DNA of 64,000 nucleotides from an uncultured Acidobacteriota bacterium (lineage in GTDB: Bacteria > Acidobacteriota > Polarisedimenticolia > Polarisedimenticolales > JAIQFR01), in NCBI GenBank assembly GCA_937864465.1, contig CALMJU010000044.1:935-64934 (forward strand). Reading direction: 5' to 3'. Made by a program: the position numbers and the translations under genes. Position 1 is the first letter of the stretch; the number at the start of each line of letters is the position of its first letter. Positions 18,919-26,399 of the stretch are shown in pieces. Under the pieces are notes generated by a model. That model searched no databases and had not been told where the DNA came from. It saw only the letters and a list, made by a program, of their open reading frames with translations.

Positions 18919-20052
18919 TCAGAGAGCGGGGGCCGGCCCCGCGGCGGAGGCTGGGCGAGGAAGCGAGGGGGGAAGCACCCGCACGAAGACCGTCGCCCGC
19001 TCCGATCCGAGGATCACCGTCACTCGTCCTTGCCGCGGGGAGGCGCCGGCCTCCCCTTCCGTCCAGGTGATCTCGAGACGGAAGCTCCTCGGTCCGAGCG
19101 GAGACGTCCGAACCGAGAAGGGAGTGGGCTCGGCGGTCACCCGCAGGGCGGTCGGGTCCAGGTCCCAGCGAACCGTGAGGATCGTGGAGCCCGAAGCCGG
19201 CTGCCCCGGTTGAGGAGCGTCGAGAACGATGCTCGGCGCCGAGACCGCCAGCGCGGGCATCGTGCGCACGCTCACCCAAACGGCCGCCTCGGGCTCTCGC
19301 GCGAGGCCGGTCTTGAACCGGACCCCGACCGAGGAGGGGGACGGCGGCGCGTCGCCGACGAGCCTCGCCTCGATGAGCCAGTCCCCGGGCTCCGCGGGAG
19401 GAAGTCCGGGTTCGACCGCCCCGGCCTCCCCGATCTTTCGCGCCGTGGCCGAGAGCCACGGCACGGTCGAGGCGATCTCCGAGATCTCCAGCGTCCCCGT
19501 CTCGGACTCGTCCTTCCGAACCAGGGTCCGGACGACGTTCTCGTCGCTCCGGCCGACGGAAAGGACCAGGTTGCGTCCGGGATAGAAGTTGACGCTCGCC
19601 ACCACGGTCGCCCGCAGCGTCAGCGTCACGGACGGGTGGGCCGGATCGTTCGTCCGGACGGCGATCGTCTTGCTGATGGGGCCGGAGTATCCGTCGGTAC
19701 GGATCGAAGCCGTCACCTTCCCTGCCTGCCCGGGCAGGATGGCCTCGTCGAACGAGGCCACCGCGCACCCTCAGCCGGGCTTCGCGGACAGGATCCGGAG
19801 CACGTCCGAGCCGAGGTTCCGGAGCGTGAAGCTCCCCTCGGCGGGAGTCCCCCGCGTCACCGCTCCGAGATCGATCGCGTCCCGCTCGACCTCGAGCCGG
19901 GGGCCGGTCGCCGGGGAGGTCTCCGCGGGCGCGGGCGGCGGCTGGGTCGGGGAAGGAGCCGGCGCCACGGACTCGCTCGCGGGAGCCCCGCCGGCGAGCG
20001 CCGCGACGAGCAAGCTCGCCACGAGGGCCATCGCTCCGATCGGCAACCGCAT
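18919..20052 (-). CDS. secreted DUF1573-domain protein containing an in-frame TGA (19771-19773): candidate selenocysteine codon, or else a pseudogene
   Basis: ORFs 19771..20094 and 18919..19761 share one frame and are separated only by the TGA. Joined, they read: signal peptide MRLPIGAMALVASLLVAALAGG, P-rich linker, then IDLGAVTRGTPAEGSFTLRNLGSDVLRILSAKPG-*-GCAVASFDEAILPGQAGKVTASIRTDGYSGPISKTIAVRTND. This is the DUF1573 pattern with the stop at the first Cys of C-G-C. GGAGA lies 6 nt before the ATG at 20052. Confidence 0.55.
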
Positions 20053-20138
20053 GCTCATTCTCCGGGAAGCGCTCCGGAAATCGCGGGGAAGCATACCGCG
20101 GCCGGGCGGCCGGCGCGAGGACGCTCCGCCGGGCCCTC

Positions 20139-20181
20139 GAAAAGAGCGGCGTCCCGCCCGCGGGGGAGCGGACGGGACGCC
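20139..20181 (-). terminator. rho-independent terminator after the DUF4382 gene
   Basis: The minus-strand RNA GGCGUCCCGUCCGC-UCCCCC-GCGGGCGGGACGCC forms a 14-bp stem with one G-U pair, followed by GCUCUUUUCG. Confidence 0.55.
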
Positions 20182-20206
20182 GGGAGGGAAGGAGGCCTCG
20201 TGACGC

Positions 20207-20806
20207 TTACGGGGCCACTCGGACGCTGTCGGTCACGATCGTCGGCGTGAAGGCCACGCCGGCGGTGGCGAGCCGGAACGACGGCTCGACGGGGAAATCG
20301 AGGACGACGACCTGGGGCTGTCCGGTAAGGCACCGGAACCCCACCGGATGCTCGACGCCGACACCCGGGCTGGGAAGCGGCACGTCGCGGGACACGCCGT
20401 TCGCGTCGACGACGCGCGCGGCCGAGATGTCCACGCGCAACGCGTCGTACGAGCCGGCGGGAACCTCGGCCTCGGCCAAAACGAGAGTGCGGCCCCGGAC
20501 GAGAGTGAGGAGGTCCACCGTCACCTCGCCGGGCCCTTCGATCGCGATCCAGCCGCCGCCCGCGACGCGGGCCGACACGCCGGTGAAGGTCACCCACGCC
20601 TCGCGAATCGAGGGAGCGGGCGCATCGTGGACGGCCACGGTGAGGTTCACGGCCTCCGGCTGGGTGGCCGGAGCCACCGCGACCGGCGCGGGCGGAATGC
20701 CGATCTCGCTTCCGGGGACGAACGTGGAGCTGTCGGAACAGGCGGTGCCCGAGATCAGGATCAGGCCGAGCGTGAGGAGTCCTGCGGTCTCGCGAAGATG
20801 GTGCAT
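20207..20806 (-). CDS. DUF4382-like lipoprotein
   Basis: ORF 20207..20857, trimmed to ATG 20806 (G-rich RBS upstream). Signal plus Cys: MHHLRETAGLLTLGLILISGTAC. The body ...AWVTFTGVSARVAGGGWIAIEG.GEVTVDLLTL..G.T..LAEAEVPAGSYDALRVDIS resembles DUF4382. Confidence 0.65.
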   Translation of the reverse strand: MHHLRETAGLLTLGLILISGTACSDSSTFVPGSEIGIPPAPVAVAPATQPEAVNLTVAVHDAPAPSIREAWVTFTGVSARVAGGGWIAIEGPGEVTVDLLTLVRGRTLVLAEAEVPAGSYDALRVDISAARVVDANGVSRDVPLPSPGVGVEHPVGFRCLTGQPQVVVLDFPVEPSFRLATAGVAFTPTIVTDSVRVAP

Positions 20807-21095
20807 CGTGCTTCCCCCCTGAGATGCTTGTCTCGCCGGGAACGGTCCGGCTCGCACGATCCGGGGAGCAACGAGCGTGCCTCGGCCGGCCCGCTCCCCT
20901 CTCGGCCCGGCCCCGGGTCCGGATTCCCCCTCGATTCGGCCCGATTCCCGAGATCGGCCGCCGTTCCTTCCGGCGTCGCGTGCGCCCCGCGACGGTTACG
21001 GTTCCGGAGCGCGCCGTTACGCTTCCGGAATCGAGGCGGCCGGCGCCGCGATATAGTCCCGGTGCGCGCCGCCACGGCCGCCGACGGAGGTGACC

Positions 21096-22166
21096 ATGCC
21101 GCTCGACCTGCTCAAGGACTACCAGATTCCGGGGACGTCGCCCGGTACGCTGACCGCCGCGGAGGGCGAGAGCGGGCCGGCGCGGATCTTCCTCACGAGC
21201 TACACGCCGGGGCGGCTCGAGACGCGCGAGGTCGCCGACGCGGAGGCGCTCCGCGGCCTCGCCGCCGGGGAGGGGGTTCACTGGGTCCAGGTGATCGGAC
21301 TCGGGGACGTCTCGACGATCGGCCGGATCGGCGACGTCTTCGGCCTTCATCCCCTCGCGCTCGAGGACGTCGTTCACCTCGGGCAGCGGCCGAAGGTGGA
21401 GGATTACGAAAACGTCGTCTTCGCCACCTGCCAGATCCTCGAGGCGGAAACCGGGTCGGTCGGGAAGTTCCAGGTCTCGCTGTTCCTGGGACCGGGTTTC
21501 GTGGTCACCTTCCAGGAGTCGGGCGAGGACCGTCTCGCCCCGATCCGGTCGAGACTCGAGGTCCCGCAGGGAAGGCTTCGCAACCGCGGCCCAGGATACC
21601 TCGCCTACGCGATCCTCGACCGCGTCGTCGACTCCGCCTTCCCCGCGCTCGAGTCCATCGGAGAGCGTCTCGAGGATCTGGACGACCGCATCCTGGAGAG
21701 GCCGGACCGCGAGTCGATGGAGCGCCTGCAAGAGATCCGGAAGGACCTCCTGCGGCTCCGGCAGGTCCTCTGGCCCCAGCGCGAGGTGCTGGCGAGGCTC
21801 GCACGCGACGAGCACGACCTTCTCGGCAACGACACGCGGCTCTACCTCCGCGACTGCCACGACCACGCGGTGCAGGCGCTCGAGGTCTCGGAGAACTATC
21901 GCGAGATGGCCTCGGGGTTGCTCGACATCTACCTGTCGAGCCTGAGCAACCGGCTCGGCGACGTGATGCGCGTGCTGACGATCATCTCGACCGTGTTCAT
22001 CCCCCTCGGCTTCCTGGCCGGCGTGTACGGCATGAACTTCGACACCGGCGGCGGCTGGAACATGCCGGAGCTCGGATGGAAGTACGGCTACCTGGCGTTC
22101 TGGGCCTGCTGCATCGCGGCGGCCTCGGGAATGCTGTACCTGTTCCGGCGGAAGGGCTGGCTCTGA
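21096..22166 (+). CDS. corA: CorA-family Mg2+/Co2+ transporter
   Basis: C-terminal TM pair with the YGMNF signature (LAGVYGMNFDTGGGWNMPEL). GGAGG lies 5 nt before ATG 21096 (the ORF-track start GTG 21090 is less likely). Confidence 0.9.
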   Translation: MPLDLLKDYQIPGTSPGTLTAAEGESGPARIFLTSYTPGRLETREVADAEALRGLAAGEGVHWVQVIGLGDVSTIGRIGDVFGLHPLALEDVVHLGQRPKVEDYENVVFATCQILEAETGSVGKFQVSLFLGPGFVVTFQESGEDRLAPIRSRLEVPQGRLRNRGPGYLAYAILDRVVDSAFPALESIGERLEDLDDRILERPDRESMERLQEIRKDLLRLRQVLWPQREVLARLARDEHDLLGNDTRLYLRDCHDHAVQALEVSENYREMASGLLDIYLSSLSNRLGDVMRVLTIISTVFIPLGFLAGVYGMNFDTGGGWNMPELGWKYGYLAFWACCIAAASGMLYLFRRKGWL

Positions 22167-22190
22167 CGCCGCGGCCTCGAGGGAGAGCCG

Positions 22191-23456
22191 TCAGATCCCC
22201 GGACCGGCCGGGAGGAAGCTCGTCACGATCATCAGGGCCGTGAGCGCGACGAGCACGCAGGTCGTGACCCAGACGACCGTGTTGTAGGCCGGTCCGTTCA
22301 CGAACGTTCCCATGATCGCCCGGTCGTTGACGAGGCGCACCATGAAGACGAGCACGACGGGGAGCAGGACGCCGTTCAGGATCTGCGAGACGAGGATGAT
22401 CTTCAGGAGCGGCAGCCCCGGCAGGAGAACCGCGCCGGCGCTGATCGCTACGATGGCGGTGTAGAGGCTGTAGAACTCCGGCGCCTCGCTGAACTTCCGG
22501 TTGACGCCGGCCTCGAGCCCCAGCCCCTCGCAGACGCTGTAGGCGGTCGCGAGGGGGAGGATCGAGGCGGCGAAGAGGCAGGCGTTCGCGAGGCCGAAGG
22601 CGAAGAGCGTCTCCGCGTACCTGCCCGCCAGGGGAGCGAGGGCACGGGCCGCCTCCGCGGCAGACCCGATCGCGAGGACGCCGGCCTCGTGGAGGGTCGC
22701 CGCGCAGGCGACGATGATGAAAAACGCCACGACGACCGCCATGACGGAGCCGAGAACGACGTCGAGCCTCGACTTCGCGTAGTCGGCGATCCGGACCTCC
22801 TTCTCGACGACCGAGGACTGGAGGTAGAACTGCATCCACGGGGCGATCGTCGTCCCCACGATGCCGACCATCATCGCGATCCCGGCGAGATCGAACGGGA
22901 CCGTCGGGACCACCGCCCCGTGGGCGGCCGCCCCCCAGTCCGGCTTGGCCAGGAACCCCGAGATCGGATAGGCGAGATAGAACAGGCAGGCGATCAGGAA
23001 CGCCTTCTCGACCGTCTTGTAGGTGCCGAACACGACGAGCCACCACACGAACACGGCCCCCAGCGGAACCGACACGTAGCGGCTGACGCCGTACAGCTCG
23101 AGCGCGGAGGCGAGGCCCGCGAACTCCGCGACGGCGTTCCCGAGATTCGTGAAGAGCACCGCCATCATGAGGAGGAACGTGACGCGGAGGCCGAACTCCT
23201 CGCGGATCAGGTCCGCCAGCCCCTTGCCGGTGACGGTCCCCATCCGGGAGCACATCTCCTGGACGACGATCAGGGCGAGCAGCACCGGCACCAGGATCCA
23301 GAGCAGGCGGTACCCGTACTGCGCTCCGCACAGGGAGTACGTGTAGATCCCGCCCGCGTCGTTGTCCACGTTGCTCGTGATGACGCCGGGCCCCATGAAG
23401 GCGACGAGGAGGGCGATCCGCCCGCCGACTCCCCGCAGCTTCGCCAAGAGCGCCAC
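22191..23456 (-). CDS. Nramp-family transporter with non-canonical metal-site motifs (Nramp-related Mg2+ transporter-like)
   Basis: Nramp fold signature GPGVITSNVDNDAGGIYTYS...QEMCSRMGTVTGKGLADLIRE... TM1 has D-A-G-G (23349-23360) instead of DPGN. TM6 has GTTIAPWMQ (22830-22856) instead of GA.VMPHN. The GTG start lies 3 nt after the upstream stop. Confidence 0.85.
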   Translation of the reverse strand: MALLAKLRGVGGRIALLVAFMGPGVITSNVDNDAGGIYTYSLCGAQYGYRLLWILVPVLLALIVVQEMCSRMGTVTGKGLADLIREEFGLRVTFLLMMAVLFTNLGNAVAEFAGLASALELYGVSRYVSVPLGAVFVWWLVVFGTYKTVEKAFLIACLFYLAYPISGFLAKPDWGAAAHGAVVPTVPFDLAGIAMMVGIVGTTIAPWMQFYLQSSVVEKEVRIADYAKSRLDVVLGSVMAVVVAFFIIVACAATLHEAGVLAIGSAAEAARALAPLAGRYAETLFAFGLANACLFAASILPLATAYSVCEGLGLEAGVNRKFSEAPEFYSLYTAIVAISAGAVLLPGLPLLKIILVSQILNGVLLPVVLVFMVRLVNDRAIMGTFVNGPAYNTVVWVTTCVLVALTALMIVTSFLPAGPGI

Positions 23457-23459
23457 CGC

Positions 23460-24686
23460 TCACTCCCCCGTCACGACCCGGCTGAAGACGTCCTCGATGT
23501 TGATCAGGCCGACGAGACGCCCGAACTCGTCCGTGACCGCGAGGGCCCGGAGGTGGTACTTCTCGAAGCGCTCGACGACCTCGGCGAACGGCGTGGCGGG
23601 GGTCACCGCCCTCGCCTCCCGGCGCATGTACTCGGTCACCCGGCCGCTCTCGGGGGCCCGGACGAGCCGGACCAGGGGCACGACGCCGACGAGGCTCTCG
23701 TCCGCCTCGACGACCGGCACCTCGTCGAGCTCGCCGAGGAGGTCCGAATCCACCTCCCGCAGGGAAGCGAGGGCCTGCCCGACGGTCCAGTCGGCGCGGG
23801 CGAAGAAGAAATCCGTCGTCATCAGACCGCCCGCGGAGTCGTCACGGAACTGGAGCAGCTCCCGCACCTCCTCCGCCTCTTCCTCCTCCATGGCCGCGAG
23901 CACCGCCTTCGACCGCTCCTCCGGCAGGTCTCCCAGGATGTCCGCTGCCTCGTCCGGCTGCATCTCCTCGAGGAGGTCGGCGGCGCGCTCCACGTGGATC
24001 GCCTCGACCACGGCCGCCTGAACGCTGGGCTCGGCCTCGGAGAGCGCCTGCGCCGCCGTTTCGGGGTCGAGCGCGGAGAGGATCTCGCGCCGCTCGACCC
24101 GCCCGAGGTCTTCGAGGATGTCGGCCAGATCCGCGGGGTGCATCTTGGCGAGCTGCTGGTGCACCTTGAGCCGGATGCGGGAGCCCGCCTCGACGAGGCC
24201 GACGTAGTCCCAGGGGATCGACTGCGCCGTCAGCCCGTCGGCGATCCGCCTCACAATCCCCGGGCGGACGATCCCCGCGAGGAGGCGCCGGACCGCTCCC
24301 GCGAGACCGACCTCCACGCGCCGCAGGGCGAGATGCCCCCCCGCCGGCTCGAGGAGGATGTCGTTGACCTTGACCACCTTGCGGCCCCGGATATCGATGA
24401 TCTGCCGGTCGAGCACGTCCCGCTTGAGGTGGAGCGTCTCTCCTCCCGGCTCCGCCCCCGGCCCCCTCCCGAGCCCGGCCTTCTCCGCGAGCACGACGCG
24501 CCGGGTCTCCGGCGAGAACGTCTCGACCGATTCCCAGGCGACCGAGGAGCGCTCGCGGCCGGAGCGGACCACGATCCTCGCGACGAGCCCCCGCGACGAG
24601 TCGACGAGGAGATCGTCGAGGCGGCCGATCTTCGTCCCCGTCTCGTCGAAGACGGGCAGGTTCAGCGCTTCCGAGAGATGCGGCAT
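23460..24686 (-). CDS. soluble PRC-barrel + MgtE N-terminal domain + tandem CBS protein (no membrane domain)
   Basis: Inner ATG at 24686 within ORF 23460..25958 (GGAGG 8 nt upstream). PRC-like N-terminus (LNLPVFDETGTKIGRLDDLLVD). MgtE_N-like acidic helices (HPADLADILEDLGRVERREILSALDPETAAQALSEAEP...AADLLEEMQPDEAADILGDLPEERSKAVLAAME). CBS pair (...VPVVEADESLVGVVPLVRLV...ALAVTDEFGRLVGLINIEDV). Confidence 0.8.
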   Translation of the reverse strand: MPHLSEALNLPVFDETGTKIGRLDDLLVDSSRGLVARIVVRSGRERSSVAWESVETFSPETRRVVLAEKAGLGRGPGAEPGGETLHLKRDVLDRQIIDIRGRKVVKVNDILLEPAGGHLALRRVEVGLAGAVRRLLAGIVRPGIVRRIADGLTAQSIPWDYVGLVEAGSRIRLKVHQQLAKMHPADLADILEDLGRVERREILSALDPETAAQALSEAEPSVQAAVVEAIHVERAADLLEEMQPDEAADILGDLPEERSKAVLAAMEEEEAEEVRELLQFRDDSAGGLMTTDFFFARADWTVGQALASLREVDSDLLGELDEVPVVEADESLVGVVPLVRLVRAPESGRVTEYMRREARAVTPATPFAEVVERFEKYHLRALAVTDEFGRLVGLINIEDVFSRVVTGE

Positions 24687-24894
24687 CGGATCCGCCTCCG
24701 TACCGGGGTCCGCCGGCGCGACGCCCGCGGCGCGAGACGCCAAGCGGCGCGGGCCGATCCGACCTCGGTCCGCCCCATTATCCGACCCAGCCCGCCCTCC
24801 GGGAAGCCCGTGACGCCCAGGGTCGTGCATAATCCGGGGGAAAGAGGCACGCCCGGGGCGGCGAGCAGGCCGCGCCGGGAGCGGGAGAGGCCCG

Positions 24895-26331
24895 ATGGAC
24901 GCGAGACCGTTCTTCGTGGGAGGGCGCGAGACGCCCCGCCGTCCGGGCCTCGGCGTCGCGAGCCCGTTCGACGGCGGGAGGGTCGCCGAGGTCGGCCGGG
25001 CGAGCCCCGGCGACGTCGAGGCCGCACTCCAAGCCGCGGAGCGCGGGTTCCGGGCGATCCGCGGCACGCCCGCGTGGAAGCGCGCCGAGATCCTCTCCGC
25101 GGTGGCTTCCCGCCTCGCGGCCGAGAGGGAGCGCTTCGCGAGGACCATCGCCCTCGAGGCGGGGAAGCCGATCGCGCAGGCGCGCGCGGAGACCGAGCGC
25201 GCGGCCCTGACGTTCCGCACGGCGGCGGAGGAGGCGCTCCGGATCGGGGGGGAGGTTCTCCCTCTCGACGTGCTTCCCGGACACGAGGGGCGCTTCGCGC
25301 TGACCAGGAGGTTCCCGGTCGGGCCGGTCGCCTGCATCACCCCGTTCAATTTCCCGCTGAACCTGGTCGCCCACAAGGTCGCCCCCGCGATCGCGGCGGG
25401 CTGCTCCTTCGTCCTGAAGCCGGCCTCGAAGACTCCCCTCTCCGCGCTCGACCTGGCGAAGGTCCTCCTGGACGCCGGCACGCCGCCGGAGGCCGTCTCG
25501 GTCCTCCCGCTCGCGGGGGCCGAGGCCTCCCCTCTCGTCGAGGACCCAAGGATCCGGGCGGTTTCCTTCACGGGATCGCCCCAGGTCGGATGGGAGGTGC
25601 GGCGCCTCGCGCACAGGAAGAGGGTCGTCCTGGAGCTCGGAGGGAACGCCGGACTCGTGGTCGACCGCGGGGCCGACCTCGACGCGGCCTCGGCCCGCGC
25701 CGCGGCGGGCGCGTTCTGGCAGGCCGGCCAGAGCTGCATCTCCGTGCAGCGGATCTTCGCCCACGAGGCGGTCTTCGAGCCGTTCCTGGAGAAGCTCCTC
25801 TCCCACGTCGACGCCCTTGTCGTCGGGGACCCCCTCGACGAGCGGACGACCGTCGGGCCGGTGGTCGCCGAGGAGGACGCCGCCCGCATCGAGTCGTGGA
25901 TCGACGAGGCCCGCTCGGGCGGCGCACAGGTGCTGCGCGGAGGGAGTCGGCGCGGCACCCTCGTCGAGCCGACCGTGCTGACCGGGACCCGGGAGACGAT
26001 GCGAGTCCGGGCCCTCGAGGTGTTCGGGCCCGTCGTGGCCGTCGAGCCGGTCCGGTCGGCCCTCGAGGGAATCGAGGCGGTCGACCGCTCCGACTACGGC
26101 CTCCAGGCGGGCATCTTCACGAGCGACCTGGCCGTGGCGATCGCCGCTTTCGAGAGGATCGAGGCCGGCGCGGTCGTCGTCAACGACGTCCCCACCTATC
26201 GGGTGGACACGATGCCCTACGGCGGCGTGAAGGCCTCGGGCTCGGGACGCGAAGGGCCGCGCTGGGCGATCGAGGACTACACCGAGATGCGAACGCTCGT
26301 CGTGAACGCGGGAACGACCGCCCGGACGTAG
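24895..26331 (+). CDS. NAD(P)+-dependent aldehyde dehydrogenase family protein
   Basis: FTGSPQVGWEV, VVLELGGNAG (catalytic Glu), GQSCISVQR (catalytic Cys), and the C-terminal PYGGVKASGSGREG motif. Confidence 0.9.
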   Translation: MDARPFFVGGRETPRRPGLGVASPFDGGRVAEVGRASPGDVEAALQAAERGFRAIRGTPAWKRAEILSAVASRLAAERERFARTIALEAGKPIAQARAETERAALTFRTAAEEALRIGGEVLPLDVLPGHEGRFALTRRFPVGPVACITPFNFPLNLVAHKVAPAIAAGCSFVLKPASKTPLSALDLAKVLLDAGTPPEAVSVLPLAGAEASPLVEDPRIRAVSFTGSPQVGWEVRRLAHRKRVVLELGGNAGLVVDRGADLDAASARAAAGAFWQAGQSCISVQRIFAHEAVFEPFLEKLLSHVDALVVGDPLDERTTVGPVVAEEDAARIESWIDEARSGGAQVLRGGSRRGTLVEPTVLTGTRETMRVRALEVFGPVVAVEPVRSALEGIEAVDRSDYGLQAGIFTSDLAVAIAAFERIEAGAVVVNDVPTYRVDTMPYGGVKASGSGREGPRWAIEDYTEMRTLVVNAGTTART

Positions 26332-26399
26332 CGCGCCGGAGCGGACGGCGGCCGCGAGAGAGGACGAGCGGGCGACGAGCGCGGGCCGCGCCGTGAGGA

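Noticed and set aside
18919-20094. Treating 19771..20094 and 18919..19761 as two independent genes.
   Set aside because: The domain boundary falls in the middle of a single DUF1573 module. The downstream ORF also lacks an RBS or ATG. I kept it as one gene, either recoded or a pseudogene.
24687-24894. A possible Mg2+ (M-box) riboswitch in the 5' leader of the MgtE_N-CBS/Nramp-like operon.
   Set aside because: I could not recognise the conserved M-box core sequence. I saw only a good RBS and two GGAT(T/A)ATG repeats. Not supported without a covariance-model search.
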